The notes under the pieces were generated by a model, which saw nothing but the letters and a program-made list of their open reading frames with translations, ran no database searches and was not told where the DNA came from. 64,000 nucleotides of DNA from Polyangiales bacterium (GTDB taxonomy: Bacteria; Myxococcota_A; Polyangia; Polyangiales; Polyangiaceae): the NCBI GenBank assembly GCA_038230375.1, contig JBBRNJ010000043.1, forward strand, positions 10,435 through 74,434, given 5' to 3'. Below, in pieces: positions 50,556 through 59,790 of the stretch (the first letter of the stretch is position 1; every line of letters starts with the position of its first letter). The position numbers and the translations under genes were made by a program.

Positions 50556-51524
50556 ATGAACCCGATCAAGTTTGCTCTCACCATCACAGCTCTCACCATC
50601 AACTTCGCGTCGCCCGGCTGCGGAAAGTCCGAGGTCACGGAAGACCACACAACACCCGTGCTGCGCGTGCCGGCGCTAACCGCCGCGCACAATGCGTTCC
50701 TGGAGGGCGACTACCTCACGATGGTCAAGCGCGTGAGGGACGTGCTCGCGGACAAGAACGCCGACCAGATGGCGAAGGACAACGCGCGCGAGCTGCTGGA
50801 GAAGGGGTACCAAGCGACAAGCGGCAAGCTCCCCGCGGACTGGACGCTGCCTGCGGGCTTCGAGCCGATCGCTTACAAGCAGGTTCGCCAGGAGCATGCC
50901 GACGGGCCGCAGCTGCGCGTTCGGCTCGACGGTCGCGTTGACAATCTGAAGCGCCTGAAGGGCCTCGCGCTCTTGCGCGGCACCGACGTGCTCCTTGATT
51001 CGCAGGCGAACGTCGGTCGCTTCTTCTCGGGCGACTCGGCGGACAAGGACGGGATGGTCTACTTCTCGCTCGAGACGCGGGACCTCCCGGCGCTGCCCGA
51101 GCCCGGGATCATGACGCTCCGCGTGACGCTCGCGGACGGCTCCGTGACGGAGGGGTGGTTCATCTCGGACCGCCTTGCGTCGTCCGCGTCCCCGATCGTC
51201 ACCGAGCCGGGCGAAGCGGTGTCGGTGAAGAGCGCCAATCCCATCGCCAAGTGGGTGCCGTTCCATTCGCCCGAGAGCGCGCAGTACGAGCGTCGCAACC
51301 TCATTCTATGGCTCTCGCGCCGCAACGACGACGGGTCGTACGCGAATGCGTGGTCGTCGTTCAGCGCGGCGGCCGATCGAGGCGATGCGCGCCTTGGCGG
51401 TGAAGGCAACCTGGCCGAGGGTGACTACTCACTCGACGTGGTCTACGACGAGAGCCGCCGCTTCGGTCCGATGTCGCTGGTCCGCCGGAGCTCCCGCGCG
51501 TTTTCGTTTCACGTCGCGCGCTGA
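50556..51524 (+). CDS. Secreted protein/lipoprotein, VxrC/DUF2861-like
   Basis: Signal peptide ending PGC; LTAAHNAFLEGD...M resembles my recollection of the DUF2861 N-terminus; follows the VxrA/B-like pair. Confidence 0.65.
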   Translation: MNPIKFALTITALTINFASPGCGKSEVTEDHTTPVLRVPALTAAHNAFLEGDYLTMVKRVRDVLADKNADQMAKDNARELLEKGYQATSGKLPADWTLPAGFEPIAYKQVRQEHADGPQLRVRLDGRVDNLKRLKGLALLRGTDVLLDSQANVGRFFSGDSADKDGMVYFSLETRDLPALPEPGIMTLRVTLADGSVTEGWFISDRLASSASPIVTEPGEAVSVKSANPIAKWVPFHSPESAQYERRNLILWLSRRNDDGSYANAWSSFSAAADRGDARLGGEGNLAEGDYSLDVVYDESRRFGPMSLVRRSSRAFSFHVAR

Positions 51525-51546
51525 GGTTCGCGACTCTCTGGAGGCT

Positions 51547-52470
51547 CTATTCCACGCCGATCGTGAACGTGTTCGCGCCAAAGCTCACGACGGGCTCGTA
51601 CGTGGTGGGCGTGGTGTCGAACACGCCGGTCGCGTAGCCGCCCATGGCCTGATCCTGCCAGCGGAAGTTCTGGTACGTGTTCACGAGCATGACGACCTTC
51701 GTGGTCGAGGCGAGCGCGGGATCGATGATCACAGTCACCGGGAAAACATAGCTCGCGGAGTGGTTGGCTGTGACCAGCGTGAGGCCGCCGCCCGCGAGGT
51801 CGACCGGCGTCATGAGGTCCTCGCCGTTGAGCGTTCCGTAGGGGGTGCCGCCGACCTCGAACGTGTACGAGTAGTGCCCCTGGTTCTGGAGCTTGCCGTC
51901 GACCAGCGTCGCGTCGGTGAGCACCTCCAGGTCGGAGTAGTCGCCCGGCACGGTCATGCCGCTCGAGTGCATGGTCGCGGCGATCTTGAAGCGGTAGTAG
52001 CCGACCTCGACGTGGGCGATCGTGAACGTGCCCCCGGGCAGCGTCTTCGCGACCGCGGTGCCAGCGACGGTGTCGTTGCCGTCGTTGAGTCCGCACTCCA
52101 CGGCGTTCTGCCCGTTGTCGAACACGACCACGGGAGCAGCATCGTTCGCATCGCGGTAGAGCGTGAGCTTGCGGATCGCGATGTGCTGATCGATCGGGGT
52201 CTCGCCCATGTACCCGTCGGTGAAATTGACCTTCGTCTGCGTCGCGCGCAGGTGGATCTCGTACGCCGGTCCGCTCGGAGCAACGCCGCCTTCGCCGCCG
52301 CCCGACGAGCCGCCCTCGCTACCGCCGCCGCTTCCAGGCGAACCGCCATCGAACGCGCCGATGTCGACGGTCGACCCGCCACAGCCGGCCGAGCCGATCA
52401 AGCCGGCCGAGCCGATCAAGCCGGCCGAGCCGATCAAGCCGATCGCGCCGATCGCTCTCGCGGTCGCCAT
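51547..52470 (-). CDS. Hypothetical lipoprotein, last gene of the ECF module
   Basis: Lipobox SAGC, Gly-rich linker, beta-rich domain. Confidence 0.78.
   Translation of the reverse strand: MATARAIGAIGLIGSAGLIGSAGLIGSAGCGGSTVDIGAFDGGSPGSGGGSEGGSSGGGEGGVAPSGPAYEIHLRATQTKVNFTDGYMGETPIDQHIAIRKLTLYRDANDAAPVVVFDNGQNAVECGLNDGNDTVAGTAVAKTLPGGTFTIAHVEVGYYRFKIAATMHSSGMTVPGDYSDLEVLTDATLVDGKLQNQGHYSYTFEVGGTPYGTLNGEDLMTPVDLAGGGLTLVTANHSASYVFPVTVIIDPALASTTKVVMLVNTYQNFRWQDQAMGGYATGVFDTTPTTYEPVVSFGANTFTIGVE
52383..52441. repeat. 18-bp tandem repeat, 3+ copies (AGCCGGCCGAGCCGATCA), encoding LIGSAG in the signal peptide
   Basis: Copies at 52383, 52401 and 52419. Confidence 0.92.
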
Positions 52471-52561
52471 TCCAAGAGGACCCACTGAAAAGAATGAAGC
52501 TGTCATGATGCGCGGTAGGTGGAGACCACCAGCGCTCTTTATGACGCGCGCCCCAGAAAAA

Positions 52562-53329
52562 TCAAAGGGCGTGACCCACGAGCGTGGAAAGCCGGGAAAT
52601 ATGAGACGATCCGGGATACCGCCGGACGAACGCAGCCGCCCGCTGGTCCGCCTCCGCGCCCCGCCCGAGCTTCTCGAGCGCCTCCACCGCGATCACTTCA
52701 CGCTCCTGAGCAAGCAACCCATCCGGATACTTCTTCCGATGATCGTTCGCCTGAGAGAGAGCCAGAGAAGGATTCGATCGAAGAGAATCTTGCGCCCGCT
52801 GGAGCATCGCGATCTCGGGCTCGGGAGGGGAGGACGGAGAGGGTGAGGCGAAGGTTGGGGGTGAAGGAAAGGTCGAAGGTGAGGTCGAGGGCTCCGTCAA
52901 GGCAGCCGTCGAAGTCGGTGCCGTCGTCGCCGTCGCCGTCGAGGTCGAGGTCGTCGTCGAGGTCGAGGTCGAGGTCGAAGTCGAAGTCGAGGTCGAGGTC
53001 GAAGTCGAAGTCGAAGTCGCCTTCACTGCGATGCCCGCCACTCCCACCGCGAGCGCGATCACCACCGCTCCGAGCACCATCTTCCCCGCGGTCCCCGTTG
53101 CTGCTCCCGTGACGATCGCTCCCGTCCCAGCGCCCGCGCCGCCCGCTCCCGCAGCGCTTGCTCCTCCGGCTCCGCCCGCTCCTCCGATGATCGGCAAGAG
53201 CTTCGTCGCGAGCCTCTGCATTGCGTCGTCACCGGGCAATTCGCCTGCTCCCGCGTCGAGGAGCTCCCGCAGGTACGCGTCCTCCGCGCCCTGGATCAGC
53301 CTTGTCGGCGGCTTCATCTCGTCCGTCAT
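52562..53329 (-). CDS. Putative anti-sigma factor (1 TM, ST-repeat linker, C-terminal TPR-like pair)
   Basis: Overlaps the ECF stop; EIAMLQRAQ...HRKKYPDGLLAQERE...FVRRYPGS. Confidence 0.75.
   Translation of the reverse strand: MTDEMKPPTRLIQGAEDAYLRELLDAGAGELPGDDAMQRLATKLLPIIGGAGGAGGASAAGAGGAGAGTGAIVTGAATGTAGKMVLGAVVIALAVGVAGIAVKATSTSTSTSTSTSTSTSTSTSTTTSTSTATATTAPTSTAALTEPSTSPSTFPSPPTFASPSPSSPPEPEIAMLQRAQDSLRSNPSLALSQANDHRKKYPDGLLAQEREVIAVEALEKLGRGAEADQRAAAFVRRYPGSSHISRLSTLVGHAL
52936..53018. repeat. Hexamer repeat (GTCGAR)n encoding poly-ST
   Basis: Seen directly in the sequence. Confidence 0.85.
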
Positions 53330-53859
53330 GACGGGCGACTCCCTTCGTCGCGCGCCTTTTGCGCGGCTTCCTGCACCAGCGCGCGCGCCGCATGCAGCCT
53401 CGAGTATCCAGTTTGAAGCGGGCAGCTTGTGGCCTCGCAGACCTCCGCCATGCCAAGCCCCTCTATCTCGTAGAGGACAAAGACCTCGCGCTTGTCGTCG
53501 TCGAGCGACGCGAGGATGCGATCAAGAGTTGCGCGTGCACGCTTCGTTGCGAGCTCGCCGTGCGGATCGCTCGCGGACACGAGCTCCGGCGGCTCGTCCG
53601 TCAGCACCTCGCGGCGATGCACGGCGCGCTTGCGGTAATCGGACGCGGTGCGGATGCAGATGCCGTAGACCCACGTGCGTAGCGATGAGCGGCCCTCGAA
53701 ATCCGCGAGGCGCCTGTGCACCACCACGAAGACCTCCTGGCAGACGTCCTCCACGTCGCTCTCGCGTACGCCCAGCCGCCGCAGCACGCGCCAGACGTAC
53801 GGCCCATGCTCCTTGAACACGGCAGCGACGTTGGGAGTGGTGTGTGTCTGTAGTTCCAC
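53326..53859 (-). CDS. ECF RNA polymerase sigma factor
   Basis: VWRVLRRLGV...EDVCQEVF, SSLRTWVYGI, REVFVLYEIEG, T.YSRLHAAR. Confidence 0.95.
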   Translation of the reverse strand: MELQTHTTPNVAAVFKEHGPYVWRVLRRLGVRESDVEDVCQEVFVVVHRRLADFEGRSSLRTWVYGICIRTASDYRKRAVHRREVLTDEPPELVSASDPHGELATKRARATLDRILASLDDDKREVFVLYEIEGLGMAEVCEATSCPLQTGYSRLHAARALVQEAAQKARDEGSRPS

Positions 53860-53898
53860 GCGGCGTTTCTGGTGTGTGGCGGCTGCCTGCTCCTTTTA

Positions 53899-54975
53899 TC
53901 AGAACGTGGCGCCAAGGCCCGCCGCGGCCTTGCCGGCGATGGGAGAAGCCTGGAAAAGCCGCGCCTGCGAGCCGTCCGCGCGCTCGTACACGAAGCTGTC
54001 ACGCATGACCGGGAAGAGCGCAGACAGCCCCAGCGACGCCCGCAGCGCGCCGACGATCCGCACCGAGCCGCGGAGGTCCAGCGACGGCACGAAGATGATG
54101 CGGCTCTGGGTGCCGAGCTGCGTGTCGAAGCCCGTGCTCTTCACGTCTTCGGAGCCAAGGCCGAGCGCAGCGCACGCGAAGAAGGAGAATGCATCCCGCC
54201 GGTGAGCCAGCGGACACACGCCGAGCGCGCCCATGCCCGTTGTGAACGTGCCCTTCGCGCCGCGATCTGCGGTCGCGTCAGTCCCGAAGAAGTAGGTGCT
54301 GTCGATCGAGAACGCGGGCCCGCGCGGAGGCAGGATGATCGCGCTCAGACCTATGCCTGGCCCCGCGCCCGGCAACAGGCCGACCGACGACGCGAACGAA
54401 AGATCGATCTCGGTCTCCCACGTGGGCTTCGCGGGCTTCGGCGGTGGCGGCTGCGGCGGTGGCGTCTCCAACGGCTTTGCGGGGACCTCCACGAACACGG
54501 TCTTCTCCTTCACGATCACCGTGGGCTCCGGCGGTGGCAGCGGCGGTGGCTCCTGCTTCGGCTTGAGCGCGGCATCGGGATCGATCATCACGGCGATCAC
54601 GAGCGCGAGCGGCGCCCGCATCTCGTCGCACGACGCTTCCTTCTTCGTGAGCTCGCGCGTGCCCAGCAGCGCGCCCTTCGCGTCGCGAAGGGACACGACC
54701 GCGTGAAATCCCGGGCCGCCGCGGTTCGGCTCGATGTGCCCTTCCACGGACACGTCCGCCTGCGCGGCCGACACGAACACCGCGCGTCCGAGCCGCGCCT
54801 CCACGTCGCGCGCGAGATCTTGCGTCGCCACACACGCGTCCGCGCCGGGCATGCGCACCCAGCTCAGCGACGACGTGCGCGACTCCGCGCCCGCAACACT
54901 GACAACGAGCGACAGCGCCGCAACCGCCGCGAACATCGCAAGGCATCGGGCGCTCGTGTTCGTCCTCCTTCTCAT
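53899..54975 (-). CDS. Secreted protein upstream of the ECF sigma, possible beta-barrel
   Basis: Signal peptide; LSWVR.PGA..C...VEARLGR; Pro linker; C-terminal GLGATF. Confidence 0.75.
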   Translation of the reverse strand: MRRRTNTSARCLAMFAAVAALSLVVSVAGAESRTSSLSWVRMPGADACVATQDLARDVEARLGRAVFVSAAQADVSVEGHIEPNRGGPGFHAVVSLRDAKGALLGTRELTKKEASCDEMRAPLALVIAVMIDPDAALKPKQEPPPLPPPEPTVIVKEKTVFVEVPAKPLETPPPQPPPPKPAKPTWETEIDLSFASSVGLLPGAGPGIGLSAIILPPRGPAFSIDSTYFFGTDATADRGAKGTFTTGMGALGVCPLAHRRDAFSFFACAALGLGSEDVKSTGFDTQLGTQSRIIFVPSLDLRGSVRIVGALRASLGLSALFPVMRDSFVYERADGSQARLFQASPIAGKAAAGLGATF

Positions 54976-55150
54976 GCCCGAGAAGAGCGCTCTCGGGACA
55001 CGATTCAATCGGTGTTCGGGCGCTGCATCCAAGCGTGCCTACTGTAACGCAATGGTCCCGGCCCGGCGACGCGTCAGGCTCGAACGAGCTTTCCCGCGGG
55101 GAGACACGGACGCCGAAAGTGGTGCTAATCTGACGCCGTCACGGACCTCA

Positions 55151-55237
55151 GGAGGAGTGGCCGAGTGGTCTAAGGCAGCGGTTTTGAAAACCGCCGACGG
55201 TGCAAGCTGTCCAGGAGTTCGAATCTCTTCTCCTCCG
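55151..55237 (+). tRNA. tRNA-Ser (anticodon TGA), CCA not encoded
   Basis: Acceptor stem GGAGGAG/TTCTCCTCC-G region, D-arm, GCGGT-TTTGAAA-ACCGC anticodon arm, long variable arm, GTTCGAATC T-loop. Confidence 0.96.
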
Positions 55238-55329
55238 CTGATCTCGTAGTGAATCCGATGTGGCTGCAGATGCGTGCAGAATGCACGGGACCAAACCCGC
55301 ACCAAAACTTGGCACAGTCGGCGGTTTGC

Positions 55330-55495
55330 TGGGAGTTCCGGAAACCGCTGACATGGGCTCGCGGACCATCTTGGTGATGATGACCCGCTCGCCCACGGCG
55401 TTGTCCTCGATGTTGTCGTCGAGCAGCGAGGGGATCTTCTTGATCTCCTCCGCGAGCAGCGAGACGAGGATGTCCTCGTCCTCGTAGAACAGTCG
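55330..55495 (-). pseudogene. Start-less gene fragment
   Basis: Protein-like, codon-typical frame RLFYEDEDILVSLLAEEIKKIPSLLDDNIEDNAVGERVIITKMVREP with an in-frame stop shortly upstream. Confidence 0.4.
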
Positions 55496-55559
55496 TTGGG
55501 TTGGGCACCACCGCTCGGAGGTCCTTCGTCAAGGACGTCTTCGTCCGGCGCGGTCGGAT

Positions 55560-56053
55560 CGGATCCGTCGGCCTTCCGGCAAGCGTGCAGGCGCAGGTCC
55601 GAGGTCACATCGAAGCGACCCAGAACGCCGAGGTCAGCCGTGCGCGCGTTGCTCGTGCAGACCATGTCAGAGCTGGTTCGTATGAACGACGCCTGGTCGA
55701 TCGACCTCGGCTACTCCGGGGACCAGCGTCGGCGATATCCTCGCTCTACTCCCCGGCGGACTACGACCGCCACGCCGAGCACTGGGAGGAGATGACTGAC
55801 GGCTCCGGCGAGTGCGTCGACTACGAGTCGGAGTCTGGCGTCTACGCCTGCGACGCGCAGCGCGCCATCTTCGCGTTCACGGACCACCGGCAGGCGCCCC
55901 TCACCGGCGTCATCACGATCCCACGATAGCGAGGACGCGTATCGCCGAGCGCTCGCGGCCGCGCTCGCGGCATATGATGAGGAGGAAACGAACGTAGGGG
56001 ACTCGTGGATTCTGGATGACGTCCGGGTCCGCGGAGTCGATGATGGCGGCCCC
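55560..56053 (+). pseudogene. Frameshifted hypothetical gene, or the upstream part of the 56054 ORF
   Basis: Protein-like segments alternate between two frames (..MNDAWSIDLGYSG / LYSPADYDRHAEHWEE..VITIP / HDSEDAYRRALAAAL..). The last segment is in frame with 56054. Confidence 0.4.
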
Positions 56054-56593
56054 ATGAACGAGACCCTGACCGCAACCCGCGCTTGCATCGAATCGAAGGA
56101 ACGTCTGCCGTCGCTGGTCCTCGTGAGAGACAGCGCGGGACAGCTCGTCTCCCCACGCGATTGCGTCGAGGTGCACGCGGGTGACGCTGCTGAATCCCTG
56201 GCCCTGCGGCCGATGCGCGCCCTCTTCCGCGGCAGCCGCAAGGCTCCCGATCTGGCCCACGGCCCGACTTCCGAGCTCGACCCGTTCTTCATGCTCCTCG
56301 AGTACACGGTGGTGCGGTTCTGCGAGGCCGACGAACGCGACGAGACCGACCAGGAGATGGAGCGCATCTACACGCTCCTCCGTCGCCGTCCCGACAGTGA
56401 CGGAGGTCCGCTTTTCGCGTACGTGAGGGCCGCGGCGCAGCTCTACATGTCCGTGCGCGACGTGAGCGAGGCGGAGTACGAGGCAGTGATGAAGCGACTG
56501 GCGAAGTCGTGCCGGACCTTCTCCATGGCTCCGATCAGCCGCAACTACCTGGCGACGTTGCGCCCGACCTTCGCCGCGATGAGCTCCCAATGA
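56054..56593 (+). CDS. Hypothetical protein (island cargo)
   Basis: Typical codon usage, helical C-terminal half; true start may lie upstream. Confidence 0.7.
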   Translation: MNETLTATRACIESKERLPSLVLVRDSAGQLVSPRDCVEVHAGDAAESLALRPMRALFRGSRKAPDLAHGPTSELDPFFMLLEYTVVRFCEADERDETDQEMERIYTLLRRRPDSDGGPLFAYVRAAAQLYMSVRDVSEAEYEAVMKRLAKSCRTFSMAPISRNYLATLRPTFAAMSSQ

Positions 56594-56654
56594 CGAACGC
56601 TACCAGCGCTGCAAGTCAGCCGGCGGCACGCAGCACGACGCGCATAGCTATCCC

Positions 56655-59039
56655 GTGAGCAAGCCCGGCGCCAACGAGCAGTGCCCGTGCGGCAGCGACA
56701 AGAAGTACAAGAAGTGCTGTCGCGATCTGACCGCGGGCATGACGTACACGCAGGACGACCGCTTCTCGGTGTACTCGAAGCTCGATGAGCTAGTCGAGGA
56801 GCGGTTCGGAGACGATGCGGACGACGCGCACGTGGAATTCTGGGAGCGCTTCGTGGACGAGACAGAGGAGCTGCCGGAGCAGCTCGCGCAGGCGTCGGAG
56901 TTCGTCGAGGATGTCTGGTTCGCGGCCGACGTGCCGCTGGCCGACGGCAGGACCCTGGTGGAGGTCTTGCTCGTCGAGGGGGACACCACGAGCGGCGAGA
57001 AGGCCTTCCTCAAGGCGCTCCAGCGATCGAGCATGCGGCTCTACGAGGTCGTCGGTGTCGTGCCGGGCGTCTCACTCACGCTGCGTGAGGTCCTCGAAGG
57101 CGGGCAGGTCCAGGTCAACGAGCGGTCAGCCTCGAGGACCCTCAACCGATTCGACTGGCTCGCCACCCGCGTCGTGCCCCGTGGTGCGTCGGGCGGCCCT
57201 GAGATGGAGGGGGGCGTCCTTCACATTCCGCGGCTGCTCACGGACGCGACGCTGGCGACGCTTCAGCGGGACCGTGCCGCGTTCTCCAAGAAGGAGCTTG
57301 GCGCAGACGCTACCGCGTTCTTCAAGACGCAGCCGCCGTTCCTACACGGTGTCTGGATCGGGTCCATCCTCGATCCGGTAGTGCCGGGGCTGAAGAACAC
57401 CGATGGCGACGACATGGTCCCCACGAAGGTGCGCTTCGACGTCGTCGACGGCGAGGCCCTGACACGAGCGCTCTGCGAACACGTCGAGCTCAGCGCCAGC
57501 GACGAAGGAGAGTGGTCGTGGGCCGGCAGGAACCCGGAGGGCACGGTCCTGTCCCTCGGACACATCAGTCGCTTGGAGGACGGCTTGATCCTCGAGACCA
57601 ACTCCGCCGAGCGGGCAAGCCGCGGACGAGCCCTCCTCGAGGCCGCCGCCGGCGCTGCGATTCGACATCGCGCAACCTCGCACGAGAACCTGACGCTCGC
57701 CGTGAAGGAGCGTATCCGCGAGCAGTTCCTGAGCGGCGGGACGGATGAGTCGGACGAGCGAGCACCGTCCGCCATTCCTTTCGAGATCCAGGAGGCCGTC
57801 GTGCTCGAGCACATGGCGAAGCACTACCGGGCCTGGGTAGACGAGCCGGTCCCGGCGCTCGACGGGAAGACTCCGCGGCAGGCAGCGGCGCAGTCGAAGC
57901 TGCGGCCGCGCGTAGTGGAGCTCATTCACGGGCTCGAGGGCATCTACCAGCAAGCCCTGCGAGAGCGTCAGCCGGCGTACGACCCATCCTGGATGTGGAG
58001 CGAGCTCGGGCTCGCGGAGCCAGCACCGCTCCTCCCGTCGCCACTGGCGCACGAGCGCGTCGCCAGGAAAGTCCCCGGGAGCGCGGAGGTGAGTCGCGCC
58101 GCCGCCGAGCGTCTCCGGAAGACAGCGGGCTTCTCGGACGCAACGACCAGCTTGTCGGTGGCGGAGCTCGACGTCGATCTCGAGCTCCAGCGGTTCCTGC
58201 GCGAGCACAAGGGAGCGGCCAACGACGCCGGGAGCGAAGGCTCAATCGCGAGCCCGTACCTCCGACTCATGGTCAACTTCGACCTGCATCGACGAAAGGT
58301 CTTCTGGGTCGACGACGCGCTCGGCTACATGCTCGGGCACACCGAGCTCGACGTCGTCGGCCGGGAGCTGCGTGTCCCGTTCGCGTCGTTCGCGCTCGTC
58401 TTCACCGATCGACACGTACTGTCGCTAGCCGAGCGCGCGCTCTCGCGACAGGAGAGCTGCGCGTCTGCTGGGCACATCCTCAAGATCGCCACGGTCTACG
58501 TGACCGAAGCGCGCCGGGCAGACCGCCGCGTCCTGGACATCGCCTTCGCGCTGGACGCGCTCGGGGCCGACCTGCCCGCGCTCATGCGGCATGAGCTCGT
58601 GCTCGACGACGACGCTCCCGTCCAGCGCTACCTCGACGAAGTGGCCCCGTTGCCGGTCGTCGAGCCAGCACCACTGGACTCGAACCCCGTTCGCGCTCTG
58701 CTGCGCACCGTCATCAACGCCATCCTCTACACGACGAGCGCGGGAGTGGAGCACGCGACCCGCAAGCCGTCAGCCGACACGGTCCGGCAGAAGTCCGTCT
58801 TCAGCTCCGACGAGGTGTACTTCCTGCCCGGCGCCATCGACATCACGCACGTCAGGCACTTGCAGGAGCTGGAGCGCGTCCCGAGCGGGCGCGAGGTCCT
58901 CAAGCGCTTCATGGTGCGCGGGCACTGGAGACGAGCCACCAAGGGGTGGGCCGACCAGAACCTGCGGTGGATTCAGCCGTACTGGAAGGGACCGGACTTC
59001 GCGGCGGTCATCGAGCGCACGTACCGGCTGAAGGAGTGA
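56655..59039 (+). CDS. SEC-C motif protein with Xre/MbcA/ParS-like C-terminal motif and a VRGHWR domain
   Basis: NEQCPCGSDKKYKKCC; WVDEPVPALDGKTPRQA; VRGHWR...WIQPYWKG. Confidence 0.85.
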   Translation: MSKPGANEQCPCGSDKKYKKCCRDLTAGMTYTQDDRFSVYSKLDELVEERFGDDADDAHVEFWERFVDETEELPEQLAQASEFVEDVWFAADVPLADGRTLVEVLLVEGDTTSGEKAFLKALQRSSMRLYEVVGVVPGVSLTLREVLEGGQVQVNERSASRTLNRFDWLATRVVPRGASGGPEMEGGVLHIPRLLTDATLATLQRDRAAFSKKELGADATAFFKTQPPFLHGVWIGSILDPVVPGLKNTDGDDMVPTKVRFDVVDGEALTRALCEHVELSASDEGEWSWAGRNPEGTVLSLGHISRLEDGLILETNSAERASRGRALLEAAAGAAIRHRATSHENLTLAVKERIREQFLSGGTDESDERAPSAIPFEIQEAVVLEHMAKHYRAWVDEPVPALDGKTPRQAAAQSKLRPRVVELIHGLEGIYQQALRERQPAYDPSWMWSELGLAEPAPLLPSPLAHERVARKVPGSAEVSRAAAERLRKTAGFSDATTSLSVAELDVDLELQRFLREHKGAANDAGSEGSIASPYLRLMVNFDLHRRKVFWVDDALGYMLGHTELDVVGRELRVPFASFALVFTDRHVLSLAERALSRQESCASAGHILKIATVYVTEARRADRRVLDIAFALDALGADLPALMRHELVLDDDAPVQRYLDEVAPLPVVEPAPLDSNPVRALLRTVINAILYTTSAGVEHATRKPSADTVRQKSVFSSDEVYFLPGAIDITHVRHLQELERVPSGREVLKRFMVRGHWRRATKGWADQNLRWIQPYWKGPDFAAVIERTYRLKE

Positions 59040-59167
59040 GCAGCCATCTCGGCGCGCGTTCGCGAGGATCATCTCCGGTACGTGCCGCGGGTCGCAGAGT
59101 TTCCGGAACGCACAGCGACGAATACTTCGAAGTCAACGTAGTCCACCGGGCAGTCGCCCCGCACTCG

Positions 59168-59790
59168 TCACTCCGACGATCCCATGAGCCTCGCGTCGGC
59201 GGCAACGGGCGCGACCATGGCGGCGATGCGGTCTACCACCTGGCACAATGGCGCCGATGCGTCTATCGACTCGACGCCGAGGCCGGCGTAGCCGTCGAGT
59301 ACTCGCCTCCGAAAGGCGGCGTCCTGGGACAGTCGGAGCTCCTCCTTCGTGCGCATGTCGCCGCGCCCCTCGAGCCGGCGCATGCGCTCACACTCATCGA
59401 CTGAAAGCAAGACGATGAGATCGGGTCTTGGTTCTTGTCTCGGCACATCCGCAGAAGATGCGACGACGCCGCGCTCGGCCGCTGCATACGCTGCCGTGCT
59501 CGCAAAGCAGCGGTCCATGATGACAGTGCGACCCGCGAAGACCACATCGGTCGCGTCGCGCATGGCCTCGCGATTGGCCTGCCAGTACCACGCGCGACGT
59601 TCGGCTTCCGGCAAAGTGTCGGCGAGTTCTCGCTCGGCGCGCATGCGCTGCGCGGGCTCGAGATGCTCTCGGCGCCGAGGGCGTCCGGCGAGCTCGCGCA
59701 CGACCGTCGACTTTCCGGACCCATCAAGGCCCTCGACGGCGATGATCGGATGGGTGCGCTCCTCTCCCGCCGCCACGGCCTCCAGGAGTT
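59168..59790 (-). pseudogene. dTMP/UMP-CMP kinase (CMPK2-like), probably 5'-truncated, with compensating indels
   Basis: IAVEGLDGSGKST, RRAWY..N, VIMDR..STAAY, PDL..LLSVDE.ER.RR. No well-placed start; the frame runs into the island-end motifs. Confidence 0.7.

Noticed and set aside
52519..53112. RS-repeat protein on the + strand
   Set aside because: It is the antisense reading of the poly-ST linker in the anti-sigma gene.
55151..55237. tRNA-Sec or opal suppressor because of TGA
   Set aside because: Anticodon TGA reads UCA (Ser). Sec would have anticodon TCA. The stems fit an ordinary serine tRNA.
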